Positions 15,160 to 27,698 of a stretch of DNA of 64,000 bases are shown in pieces. This stretch comes from Eledone cirrhosa (Eukaryota). The notes beneath the pieces are model-generated. The model saw only the letters and a list, made by a program, of their open reading frames with translations, ran no database searches and had not been told where the DNA came from. How positions within the stretch are numbered: the stretch's first letter is position 1; the number at the start of each line of letters is the position of its first letter. The translations under genes were made by a program, and so were the position numbers. The stretch is taken from the NCBI GenBank assembly GCA_964016885.1, contig OZ024750.1, positions 43,152,001 to 43,216,000 of the forward strand, given 5' to 3'.

Positions 15160-17062
15160 ATGTTAAACGCAGCGAACGAAAATAGTGGTGGGAGGACAGC
15201 GGTAAGAGTTGTAAGCTCGCACGCTTTAGTCCTCCCTTCCTTCCCAACTAACGTCATAGAGAAGGAAGGAAAAATGAAAATAAAAACGGACGAATCTGCG
15301 GAGAAAAAATTAAATGACGAAAACATAAATCTGGACTTGGATTCCAACAACGAAAAAAAAAAAATTTGAAAAATTGCATGACAATACTAATAACACAAAC
15401 AAAGACACAACAAACAAAAAAATAACAGTTGAAAATAACATCATATCAGAAAACAAAGCAGACGACAAGATTTCATTTGCACAGAAAACAAAGAAATCTT
15501 TGACTTATATAGCGGAAAACATTTCAGATGTGGTACGAAGGATCACGGACGCAAAACAATACATAAGTGAAGGTGAGAATGGTATTTTATTGGTAAAAAT
15601 GCCTCAAGAATTCACGAAAGACATTGAAAGCCGAACGGTCAAGTTTCGGACCATCAACAACAGTACAAAAAAACCTGAACAGCCTTCTCAAGCAGATATC
15701 AAAACAGTACTCACAGAAGTACTGAATGAAACAACTTTCATAAGAAAAGACAGACTGTATGGAAGCCTAGCAATTATCATGAAGAACGAATCGGCGGCAA
15801 AAAAATGTGCTTTGTCACCGATTCGTTCGAAAAATTTCACCTTTTATCCATCTTATATGGGAAAAAAAACTCAACGCATATGGCTGGATGCAATGATGCC
15901 AGATGTGGACTACTGCTGGCTCATAGCTGGCTTCATCGATCCAGTGAATGACAACGTGATTTCCATTGGGAAAACCACAGGCAATGCGTTCAGTGGAACA
16001 GGTATAGAGCTGGTAGTACAAATGAAGCCTGAACGCATCGCCCAAAGACCCGACAGAATCCTATTAGAGGACCACGGGTATATAAACATTAGCGTGGAGG
16101 GGAGAAGGCCGTCCTGCCATATCTGTGCAGGCAGAGGGCACCTGAAAGCCGCTTGTCCCCAACTCAACAAAAAGAAAACCCTGCTACCAACACCAGCTCC
16201 ACCACCACCACCACAACAGATAAACAAACAACAAAACTCAGTCCCACCCAACCCGTCCCTCAGTAACACCACAACACCACCACAACACAAACAGTCACAA
16301 CACATTACCCCAAAACAAAATACAGGCCCACCCAACCTCTCACTCAATAAAACAACACAACCACCGCAGACACAACACACAACACAGTCTAACATAGTGA
16401 CATCCATCTCCCCCACAAAGAAAACCAACACGGAAACATTACCAGTAAACATACCTCTTCCCTCCAACACTGAAGATAACCCAACGAATTCGGAGGAAGA
16501 AACGGAGTCCTTCAGACAGATTAAAAGGAAAAAAAGAAAACATGTGCAAAACACACAAGGACAAACAACCCCCACCCAAATCGCAACACAATCTAACAAA
16601 ACAGAAAACACCCCTCCAGCAACAAACAAAACCAAACCTGCCCCTCCCCTCTTCGAAACACTCACACCATCGGAAAAAAAGACATTACACTATACTTACA
16701 TCAACAGAAACAATAATAAATTAAATGAACTCATATACAATAATCCTTCGGTACAAACCGAAGGTGTAAACTTTGTTTCGTCAGAAAACCACCCACATTT
16801 AAAACTAATAAAAATCCCAATGAACCTCTACCAAAAACTAAAAAAGGATTTTAAGGAGGACGTAGGACCACCCTCTGTCAAACCCATAAACCGCGTCCTA
16901 CTAAAAAGCTTTCCCCCTCCCCTTCCCCTCCCCAACACAACTCCAAACACCCCAACCCCACCACACACTGACGACCCCACACCACCACAAGACACCCCTT
17001 CACCCAACACCCCCGACCCCATGGAAGTCGTGCAACCCGAACCCCGGGAAGCGGAAAGGTAG
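15160..17062 (+). CDS. ORF1 gag-like protein, copy 2 (frameshift in A12 run at 15353-15364; main frame 15374-17062)
   Basis: Same CCHC knuckle; near-identical to copy 1. Confidence 0.8.
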
Positions 17063-17095
17063 GTCTCTACACTCTCCTTTGGCTCTGCCGCCCAC

Positions 17096-20000
17096 ATGGA
17101 TGTGTTAAGAGTAGGATGTTTGAATGCACGTGGCCTGGGCTCAACTTGGAAGCAAGCAAAGCTTCTAAATGACCTCAGGTCATGTAGTATAAATGTAATG
17201 GTTATCTGTGAGACTCGAATCAGCGTCATGCGGCAGCTGGCCCCCACCTTCGATGACTTTGAGGTGCATGCATCTCTCTGTCAACCTGGAGGTGGGGGTG
17301 GGGTTGTCGTGCTGCTGCAAAAACACCTGGGTCTTGCCGTACAGGTTGTGCACTCGGACCCGGAGGGTCGTTTGTTGGTGCTAGACGTTGGCAGTAGTGA
17401 AAGTGCGGCCTTGAGACTGGTCGTCGTCTACTCCCCTTTCGGAGCTGAACGGCCCGACTTCTTCCAGCGTTTGGAGACTTTTCTGGGAACGTCGCGTTCC
17501 CTGCTTCTAGCGGGGGATTGGAATGACATCCTAGATGCACGTTGGGACTATGCAGGAGCATGTCCTAATAGAGTTACTCGACCGTTTTAACGGCCGTTAA
17601 CTCGACCGTTTTAGGGGTTACTCGACCGTTTTAGGGGTTACTCGACCGTTTTAACTTGGTCGATAGATATCGACTAGATTTTCCAACTGTGCCTACCTGG
17701 ACTTGGAGAAACCACAGTGGTCAATCTAGATCGTACTTAGATAGATTCTTAGTTAGAAGTAAGGATAGGGACATATTAAGCTGTCCAGAAATGCGCACGG
17801 TTGGCTACACAGATCACAAATTAGTGACCTGCGTGGTCAATCTCGAGAAAACACATAGACAGGGTCCCGGTTACTGGAAACTTCATTTGTCTTTACCGGC
17901 AAAAGAGACTTACAGAAACCGGATTAGCAGATTAGTTAAGGAGAGGTTGACGGGTGCAATCGTCAACAACCGATGGTGGGCATCTCTCAAAAGAGAGATT
18001 AGAACAGAATCAATAAGTTATAGCAAGATGTTAGCTGCCAATAGGAATAGAAACGAGAAAGAATTAACAGGTAAATTAGAAGAGGCAATCAAGAGCGAAG
18101 ATGTGGCCAGAGTGCTGGCATCGAGGACGGCCTTGAACCAGTTTTTCGATGCAAAGCATGAAGGCTGCGTCATTCGAAGTAAAATACGTGCTCTAGGTAA
18201 TGAGGGGGCCAAAGCCGTTGGATGGGCCCGCGTGACAGAAGCTAAAAGTGGAAATCGATCCACCATCCGGTCGTTGCAAGACGAAGATGGACGAGTGATC
18301 CGGGAGCCTAAGCAGATGTGCGAGGCCTTTCAAAAGCACTTTGCCCGATTGTTCGGGGGAGGCGAGGGTCCGGGCCGGGGCGTGGATTTCGGTCCATACC
18401 TCGACGGCCTGCCGCGTCTCTCGAACAAAGAGGCAGAGTCCTGCGAGGGACCAATCTCGGCTGATGAGATCAGAGATGCGCTGAGCCAATGCAGCAGACG
18501 CAAATCTCCAGGTCTCGATGGTATACCTTACGAACTTTATTTAGCAATGCCGGTCTTCTTCTCCGAACTCCTCGAAGCGGTCTACTGCAATTGGCAGCAG
18601 AACGGGAGAATTCCTTGTTCTGTAGCCAAGGGCGTAGTCACGCTGGTGAGGAAGGACGAGAACAAGGGGGATAGTATAAATAATTTTCGGCCCATAACCC
18701 TGCTAAACACAGAGTTAAAGATTTTGGCCAAGGTGTTAGCAAAGAGGTTGGCGCTTGTCGTGGGTGGCCTGGTGGGAGATGCGCAGACATGTGCTATCCC
18801 ATCCAGGTCCATTCACGATAACCTCCACCTCATGCGATACATCATAGAGAGGGTTGGCAACAAACCCGGCTTCGGTGGGGCCCTGATCAACTTGGATCAG
18901 TCTAAGGCCTTCGATAGGGTCGACCATGGTTACCTGGATGCGGTGCTAGCGGCGGCTGGGTTCGGTCCTGTTTTCAGAGGCTGGATCACTGCCCTACATA
19001 GCAACCACATCTGTTCTAGGACCAAGGTGAACGGCTACCTTTCGAAGCCGTTCGAAATCACACGATCCATTCGACAGGGGTGCCCTCTCTCCTCCCTTCT
19101 GTACGTATTGACTCTCGAGCCTTTACTGAGGAAGTTGGAGTTGTTGCAGGGTATCCCCCTGGAACCAGGATTGAGCAAAGCGGTGTCGGCCTACGCCGAT
19201 GACGTAACAGTAATGGTATCGACCGACTCGGAGATCGAGGCGATCGGTACCTTACTGGAGGAGTACGAAAGGTTGTCAGGAGCGAAACTGAACCGGGAAA
19301 AATCCATCGGGCTGCAACTCGGAACGTGGAGAGGCAGACCGATGCCTCCTGACGGTGTCGTCGGACACTGGACGGAGGGCCCGGTAAAGTTGCTTGGGGT
19401 CTGGTTTGGACCGGACCTCCAGGTGGAAAAGAACTGGAACGAGGTTACGAACAAGGTGTTTGCACTAACCCAGAAATGGGCCAAGTGTAAGCTGTCCCTA
19501 AAAGGCCGGGCGGAGGTGGCGAACATTTACATAGCGTCCGTCACTTACTACCGCCTGACTGTCGTGCCTTGCCCTAAGGAAACACTCACCACCATGGAAC
19601 GCATGCTCTTCCAATTTCTTTGGAAGAAGCGTCCTCCTATGGTGAGAAGATCCATCTGCTGCCAACAACCTTCGAAAGGAGGGCTGGGGATGCCGTGGTT
19701 GATGATGCGTAGGCACGCATTAAGGCTACGGCACCTACAGGTATTCCTCACTGGTCAACCGGTGTGGGCTCCGTTCGTGAAACGAGCCTTTCCGAGACTC
19801 GTCTCACTCACCGAGCTACAGTCCTGGGTCAAGCAAAGTTCCGGAAAACTGGGAGACTGGCACACTGAGTGTGCTCAGGCGCTCAGGGCTCTCTGGCAAG
19901 CGGGCCGGGCCATCGGTGGAGAATCCACCTCATCATTCTATAGAGGGCTGGTGGCTAGCAGGGGCGATGACACCCTTGGAGAGTCGCTGGACATGGAAGA

Positions 20001-20279
20001 AGACGAACTGGCCAGCCTGTTCGGTAGGACTTTCGGCCCAGGACCAATGGACAACTTCCAGAAGTCACTGGCCTGGCAGTGCTACCGAGGGGCTCTACCC
20101 GTTCGAGAGAGGCTCTACAGACACGGGCGCCCGGGCAGGGATCCCTCAAAAAAGATTTGCCCTAGATGCGTGCGTCACGAAGAAACCGTAGCGCACGCAT
20201 TGGTGCAATGTCCGGGCGTGGCTGATCTGTGGGGCTACGCCGAACAACTGCTGTCGCGGGTGGCGCCGATTAAATTGAC
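17096..20279 (+). pseudogene. ORF2 (APE-RT-zinc finger), copy 2; split at 17573-17655 and truncated at the C-terminus
   Basis: ATG start, CLNARGL, GDWN, TDHK, YADD. The frame from 17656 is uninterrupted and runs into foreign sequence after ...APIKLT. Confidence 0.9.
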
Positions 20280-20503
20280 AGCACGGACACTCTATCTCAA
20301 AATTATTTTTGAAAAGCATTTAGAAATGCGCAACCGGTAAAAACTTAAAAACTTAAAACCACAACTGAATACTAACCCATACAATCACTAATACTCTTTT
20401 ATTCCTAATTAAACCATTTTTTAACTGTGAACAATTTGTCAGCATTTTCTATTCCGTTTACCAATATATAATAACTTGTGTGTTACACCTCTATTCTTTT
20501 AAC
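20280..20503 (+). mobile_element. Penelope-like pLTR/retrozyme-like fragment, family B, carrying a variant hammerhead motif
   Basis: 20340-20503 matches 24538-24733; 20282-20340 resembles 23479-23536. Ends in (TA)n. Confidence 0.7.
20306..20343 (+). ncRNA. Minimal type I hammerhead ribozyme, U3-A8 variant, with GAAA mutated to GCAA
   Basis: TTT-TTGAAAA-GCATT taga AATGC-GCAA-CCGG-TA-AAA. Confidence 0.55.
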
Positions 20504-20519
20504 TATATATATATATATA

Positions 20520-21522
<1,003 letters not shown>

Positions 21523-21909
21523 AGTTCTATCGATATATTTTTAGCCATTTCCTTGCAGGACCGTATTAAAACCAATACTTTATGTGAGGAGATGGAGAGG
21601 GACAAAACCGTGTTTAAGTTGAAGTATGGCGTTATCTACATTGAAATGTCACCCTATTATTCCTGTGATAACAAACATGTCAATGGTATTTTACAGTCAG
21701 ATCTGTTTGTCATAGAACACTAAATCTAGAAAGATGATTCCTTCATATCTATATCGTTCAACTAGATTTAGAAGAATACTCCATTCAACTTCTATGTTTG
21801 GCGGTTTTTCATGATTTCAATGGATATTTCTCGTAGGTTTTAGATATAAAAATATAAAAAGACAAATATACAAACTTTTACAAAGTCACTAGACAGACAA
21901 AAGTATATG

Positions 21910-21968
<59 letters not shown>

Positions 21969-21999
21969 TATATGTATATATATATATATGTGTGTATAA

Positions 22000-22032
22000 A
22001 GATATATATTTATATAAAGAATAATTATATAA

Positions 22033-22070
<38 letters not shown>

Positions 22071-22103
22071 TTATATAATTATTCTTTATATAAATATATA
22101 TCT
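22000..22103. repeat. Perfect AT-rich palindrome centred on (TA)n
   Basis: AGATATATATTTATATAAAGAATAATTATATAAG-(TA)n-CTTATATAATTATTCTTTATATAAATATATATCT. Confidence 0.85.
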
Positions 22104-22219
22104 GAGTTCAAATCCTGCCGAGGTTAACTTTGCCTTTCATCCTTACGGGGTCGATAAAATAAAGTACCAATAACCTACTGGGTAATTGCTGGCCTTGTGC
22201 CAAATGTAGAAACAATTAT
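22101..22219 (+). mobile_element. SINE family A, 5'-truncated
   Basis: GAGTTCAAATCC...GCCTTTCATCCTTACGGGGTCGATAAA...GGCCTTGTGCC. Confidence 0.85.
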
Positions 22220-22392
22220 TTAGTTATGTAATAAACAACATAAGATAATTAATTCATTTACCAAAGGTTTCACGTAGACAGACGAGGCTGACACAGGTAA
22301 TTATCTTATGTTGCTTATTACATAACTAAAAAGCTCTGTAGTCTGCACAGAGCACCCTCTTTTCCTTTACCTTTCCTACGGAAATACTTCAT
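22220..22392 (+). mobile_element. Asymmetric hairpin element, family E (about 32-bp arms plus tail)
   Basis: TTAGTTATGTAATAAACAACATAAGATAATTA / TAATTATCTTATGTTGCTTATTACATAACTAA, followed by an unpaired tail ending at TA-rich sequence. No hammerhead core seen. Confidence 0.5.
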
Positions 22393-22699
22393 ATAATATT
22401 ATTTATATATATATATATATAAATATAATATATATATACATACATACACACACATATATATATATGTACACATATATATATAAACAATAGCACCAACAAA
22501 ATACAACAATCAAACCAGTAAATTAAATAAACGATAAATATATATGAAAAGGTTTACAGTTTGTCTAATGTACGTAAAACCTCTCGCATCAACATCTATA
22601 TATATATGTATATGTTTTAACATTCACACGAACACATATATATACTACAGATGCCTTCACACACACAATTATATTTTCGTATATGTATGTATGTCCCTA

Positions 22700-22796
<97 letters not shown>

Positions 22797-23182
22797 AATA
22801 AAAATAAATAATCGAGAATCGAAATCTCAGCCCACGAAATCACGAAACACAATCTTCGAAATGTGTGGCAGAGGGCTCAATAGTTTGGGTAAACCAGAGC
22901 TATAACTATCGTTAAAATACCAATGCTTAAAATACCAATGCTTAAAATCATTCGCACAGCCGAAAAAACGACCAGGAAAATTCGGGTCACACAAATAATA
23001 AATTAATAAATTAATAAATTAAATGAATATATATATATATTTATTAAAATAACAGATTAAAGTTTAAGCAAACAATCGTTGCTTTCACCCTTAACGGGAT
23101 CTTCTGAAACTTTTATATATTTGATATATATATTATTCTTATCGAGCCCTCTTCGGATTTTAGTCTTCACATTTATTATTAT

Positions 23183-23257
<75 letters not shown>

Positions 23258-23334
23258 TATATATATATATATAAATATATATATAATTATATATAGATAT
23301 ATAGATATATAAATATATATATAATTATATATTA

Positions 23335-23613
23335 GAAAGTGAGGTTTTTTTTACAAAATGAAAAATAACCGAGGTCTACTACACGAGTGAAAGTATAAAG
23401 AAAAAGAGATGAAATCGAAAATACAACTGGAGTCTTATTTAAAAAAAATATATATATATATTTATTTGGTTCCTTTACCACAGACCCTCCATCTCAACTC
23501 ACCTTTTGAAAAGCAGAAGAACTGCGAAACCGGTAAAGGAACCGAATAAATATATATATTTAAAAAAAAAAAAAAATAAGACTCCAGTTGCATTTTCGAT
23601 TTTATCTCTTTTT

Positions 23614-23620
<7 letters not shown>
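23335..23620. mobile_element. Asymmetric hairpin element, family C, with hammerhead
   Basis: Arms at about 23394-23479 and 23532-23620; tail at 23335-23393; TA-rich flanks. Confidence 0.75.
23502..23539 (+). ncRNA. Minimal type I hammerhead ribozyme, U3-A8 variant
   Basis: CCTT-TTGAAAA-GCAG aagaa CTGC-GAAA-CCGG-TA-AAGG. Confidence 0.72.
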
Positions 23621-23642
<22 letters not shown>

Positions 23643-23649
<7 letters not shown>

Positions 23650-24073
23650 AGATCAAAAGATGGTTAAAGGAGTTCCATATATTTTATTATGCGCATTTCA
23701 AAAACAAACATCATCAAGCAATAATATTTGTGTTTTCATCAGATAAAACAGGAGAACATGATATGAAGGCTAAAAAAACACTTGTTGATAGTGCAGTTTT
23801 AAATCAACATATCATGATATGTTGATTTAAAACTGCACTATCAACAAGTGTTTTTTTAGCCTTCATATCATGTTCTCCTGTTTTATCTGATGAAAACACA
23901 AATATTATTGCTTGATGATGTTTGTTTTTGAAATGCGCATAATAAAATATATGGAACTCCTTTAACCATCTTTTGATCTTTTATTATGCATACTCCAGTC
24001 CCACAAACTGTAGAGTGCTTCTTATCCGATATCTGCATTGCTTTATTGCACTACAATAAAACTCACCTCCTAC
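23643..24073 (+). mobile_element. Family A hammerhead hairpin element, copy 2 (spacer-less 344-bp palindrome 23643-23986 plus tail)
   Basis: Centre ATCA|TGAT at 23814/23815; arms essentially perfect. Confidence 0.9.
23881..23947 (+). ncRNA. Minimal type I hammerhead ribozyme (mirror copy at 23682-23748 on minus strand)
   Basis: TTTTAT CTGATGA ... GAAA TGCGCA TA ATAAAA. Confidence 0.82.
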
Positions 24074-24106
<33 letters not shown>

Positions 24107-24108
<2 letters not shown>

Positions 24109-24336
24109 ATTGTAACGTCAAACCCGTTGGTTCACCAAAGTAAGCTCCCGTAGTCTCCAGTATTTGGGGGTTGTACTAAGCAGAGTGTAATGTTAATAAG
24201 TATGACGAAGTGTTAAATTTTCATTAAGTTTATTCAGGTATGACGCGCGTTTCGCGCTTGATCAACTCAAGGTTCTATTTCTCTCGATCGGGTCTGACTC
24301 TGGAATCAAAAGCTCATCAGACTCCTGTTAGCTTAA

Positions 24337-24338
<2 letters not shown>
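24107..24338 (-). mobile_element. Hammerhead-bearing short element, family F (no inverted arm)
   Basis: Unique segment between two (TA)n tracts that contains a hammerhead core on the minus strand. Confidence 0.65.
24235..24327 (-). ncRNA. Type I hammerhead ribozyme with large stem II insertion
   Basis: Minus strand: CAGGAGT-CTGATGA-GC...GC-GAAA-CGCGCG-TC-ATACCTG. Confidence 0.72.
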
Positions 24339-24419
<81 letters not shown>

Positions 24420-24423
<4 letters not shown>

Positions 24424-24729
24424 TAAACGGAATAGAAAATGCTGACAAATTGTTCACAGTTGAAAAATGGTTTAATTAGGAATAAAAGAGTATTAGTAAT
24501 TGTATGGGTTAGTATTCAGTTGTGGTTTTAAGTTTTTAAAACTTAAAAACTTAAAAACTTAAAAACTTAAAAACTTAAAAACTTAAAACCACAACTGAAT
24601 ACTAACCCATACAATTACTAATACTCTTTTATTCCTAATTAAACCATTTTTCAACTGTGAACAATTTGTCACCATTTTCTATTCCGTTTACCAATATATA
24701 ATAACTTGTGTGTTACACCTCTATTCTTT

Positions 24730-24733
<4 letters not shown>
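24420..24733 (+). mobile_element. Family B asymmetric hairpin element with (ACTTAAAA)x6 at the turnaround
   Basis: 24420-24537 is the reverse complement of about 24577-24694; tail of about 40 bp; (TA)n on both sides. Confidence 0.85.
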
Positions 24734-24811
<78 letters not shown>

Positions 24812-24866
24812 AATGTGTGTGTGTGCGTGTGCGTGTGCGTGTGAGTGTGTGTGTGTGCGTGTGTGC

Positions 24867-24897
<31 letters not shown>

Positions 24898-24968
24898 CGT
24901 GTGTGTGTGTGCACGTGTGCGCGTGCGTGCGCGCGCGCGCGCGCGTGTGTGTGTGTGTTTGTGTGTGT
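24734..24968. repeat. (TA)n/(TG)n/(CG)n microsatellite
   Basis: Direct reading. Confidence 0.9.
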
Positions 24969-26051
24969 TTGGTAACGCTCTAGTTAATTTTTGTAAATTT
25001 TTTCTCATAAGAAATTAATATAACAATTTTATATATTAAATCTTTATCAAAAGGTGCTTTATCTTGCGGAACTTTTTCTTGGAATCCCGAAGTTCCTTAA
25101 AACTGGATTAAAGTACTGTTAATCTTTTTGACACTAGACCACCCAAAACCATGCCTGGTTCTATGGTACACAACTCTTTATTTTAAAATGGTTACATTTA
25201 TCTAAAAAAATTTGTTTAGTTAAGCTCTATACACCTGATACACAACGAGGAAATTAGTTCTTTTACTAAATCTCTCCAAATTCTTGATTATTTAAAAATT
25301 ATTTGAAAATTATTGGCAGTGTTTTTCTTTAGAAATATGGCAAGGAAAGGGTGAAACTCTCAAAGGACTAAACCTGTAAACATGTTCCGATCCTTAGTTA
25401 TAACAGCTTTATTTCAATTACTTCGCTAACGTCTTCACAAGTTCTCATCATCAGAAAAATATTTTCCTTTGTTTGTGTTGTGTGAGAGATTTTTTGAAAA
25501 GTGATAATTTATAAGCTAAAAGTCAAGGAATCTAGTTAGAATATGATGAATATAACGATAGAGATGTTGTCTTCCCTTGGGAAATCATACGTTGTTTCCA
25601 AAGTATAATTCCTCAAAACATTTCTTTACGATAATGGGAGTATTATTAAAGCCAAGCAACATTATTTATGTGTTTGCGAATCTTAGTATTTATGCGCATG
25701 CGTTGATATACAAGTTGATTACTTAGAGATATGTGTGTATGTATCTATAAGCGTAATTATATAAATATGTGTTAGGTGCATTTAAACAAACAAAAATGGG
25801 CACATGTATGTTAGTGTGGAGCATGAAAATATGTATTATACTAGAAAATAGAAGTGTAGTCTAAATTTTGTATTATTTGGTATAGATTGTTGTATGTATT
25901 TCATCTTGTGATTAAAAACCACTTCCAGTATGGAGGCTATTGTAATATGGAGCAGCGTTGTTAGATATTTCTCTAAATTCTTGTTTCCCAAATTTGTTTA
26001 AATCAAAGCACACCTTAGAACAAGTAAAACTATGATGGCATACGTTGTACC

Positions 26052-26208
26052 TGGCGGCGAATTGGCAGAGATGTTAGGACGTCGGATAAAATGTTTAGTG
26101 ATCTACGTTCGAGCTCTCTGCTCTGTTTCAAATCCCGCCGAGGTCAACTTTGTTTTTCATGCTTTCGTGGTCTATACAATACAGTACCAGTCTAGTACTT
26201 GGGTCGAT
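26052..26208 (+). mobile_element. Diverged SINE related to family A
   Basis: GGCGGCGAATTGGCAGA...TTCAAATCCCGCCGAGGTCAACTTTG...AGTACCAG. Confidence 0.7.
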
Positions 26209-26459
26209 TCTTCCTCTATATCTCTTTCTCATTTCCTCTCTCTCTCACTCCGAATCTTTCTATGGAAGAAATTTTCTGTGTTCGGACCTGGAGAGGAATG
26301 GGCTCCCCAGGCTAAACGTCGTATGCCACTACGGTGCCCCAACGACTCAATCATGAGTTACGGGAACATACCATAGCACATTGTACCTAAATTAGAAACT
26401 TTATTCACAAGAGACATTTATACATGTTAACATAACATAAAGTAGAAATATAGATAATT

Positions 26460-26590
26460 AATTGTTTCTACGTTAGGCACAAGGCCAGCAATTACCCAGT
26501 GTATTACTGGTACTTTATTTTATCGACCCCGTAAGGATGAAAGGCAAAGTTAACCTCGGCGGGATTTGAACTCAGAATGGCAAGGGCCGT
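26460..26590 (-). mobile_element. SINE family A, 5'-truncated, flanked by a direct repeat of about 21 bp
   Basis: Matches 241-357; GTAGAAATATARATAATTAAT at 26442 and 26589. Confidence 0.85.
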
Positions 26591-26958
26591 AGAAATATAA
26601 ATAATTAATACTCAGTAAATAGGACAAAGTTATCAATGTGAAACACGTGCTTGGTGTGTTTTTTTGGCAATGTTTTCATTCGTAGTTTAGTTGTTTCCCA
26701 CTTTCACAGTTAGATATGAACTTTATTACGAATTTCAATTTTTATTTTTCACATTTGAAAATCTTGCTCTTTCGTGGCAGCTTGTGGGCCGAGGCGCAAA
26801 GATCAAGGACCACTGGAATAGGTATATGTGATTAGGTTTAGTATTGCATTGAGGAAATTTACTATCAACAGGGTTGTATTATTGTGATTTTTAAATCAAT
26901 TTCATTCAACATTTTAATTAGTGTATTTCTGATTCCGTCATATCATGCCCATTCATGA

Positions 26959-27130
26959 TATACACTGAGTCTGTCATCTCTGTAAAGTCACATGTTTGTA
27001 GATACACTGAGTCTGTCGTCTCTGTAAAGTCACATGTTTGTAGATACACTGAGTCTGTCGTCTCTGTAAAGTCACATGTTTGTAGATACACTGAGTTTGT
27101 CGTCTCTGTAGAGTCACAGGTTTGTAGATC
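26959..27130. repeat. 42-bp minisatellite, about 4 copies
   Basis: GATACACTGAGTCTGTCGTCTCTGTAAAGTCACATGTTTGTA. Confidence 0.9.
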
Positions 27131-27463
27131 TTGCTCTATTGTTCACTGAGTGTAGAGTGTATTATCAGACCACATCCGAAATCTCTGCATCATAGATTCC
27201 TTGAAAACTTCATTTTTAATTCTCTTCCCCCAGAAGAGATTACTTCAGAATAATAATGACATCTATGCATCCATAATATTGATATGGGTGTCGGTGATGG
27301 TGGTATACTTTTTCTTGAGGCTTTAAGGACCGCGTTTGAGATGGATGGGTTATATTCGACAATATCCAAGGTTTTCTTGAGATTTTAAGGACGGCGTTTG
27401 AGATGGATGGGTTATATTCGACAATATATAACTGAATGAATCCGCAGTTGGTTTTATTTTCAA

Positions 27464-27698
27464 ATTGGTCAACAAATTGACCGTGACAAGACTATTTTTA
27501 ATATTGGTCAACAACTGGACAGTGACAAGATTATTGTCAATATTGGTCAACAACTTCACTGTGTCAAGACTATTGTCAATATTGGTTAACAACATGACTT
27601 TGACAAGACTATTGTCTATATTGGTCAACAACTTCACTTTGACAAGACTATTGTCAATATTGGTCAACAACTTCACTGTGACATGACTATTGTCAATT
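27464..27698. repeat. 39-bp minisatellite, about 6 copies
   Basis: ATTGGTCAACAACTTCACTGTGACAAGACTATTGTCAAT; minus-strand frame reads LLTNIDNSLVTVK repeats. Confidence 0.9.

Larger units (their letters stand above)
14930..20279 (+). mobile_element. Tx1/L1-clade non-LTR retrotransposon copy 2 (5' intact, 3' truncated by about 0.5 kb)
   Basis: Highly similar to copy 1 throughout; homology stops after GATTAAATTGAC at 20279. Confidence 0.93.

Noticed and set aside
17573-17655. CRISPR-like repeat array
   Set aside because: Abutting tandem units without unique spacers, no cas genes, eukaryotic context.
10031-20191. Antisense and alternate-frame ORFs within the retrotransposons
   Set aside because: Shadow ORFs of the main coding frames with no recognisable motifs.
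23643-24073. Classical MITE/foldback DNA transposon or pre-miRNA
   Set aside because: The unpaired tail lies outside one arm, centres differ between copies and arms carry hammerhead motifs, which fits a retro-origin better. A DNA-transposon origin is not formally excluded.
24970-26030. AT-rich unique segment as a decayed Penelope RT
   Set aside because: No convincing RT or GIY-YIG motifs could be read in any frame.
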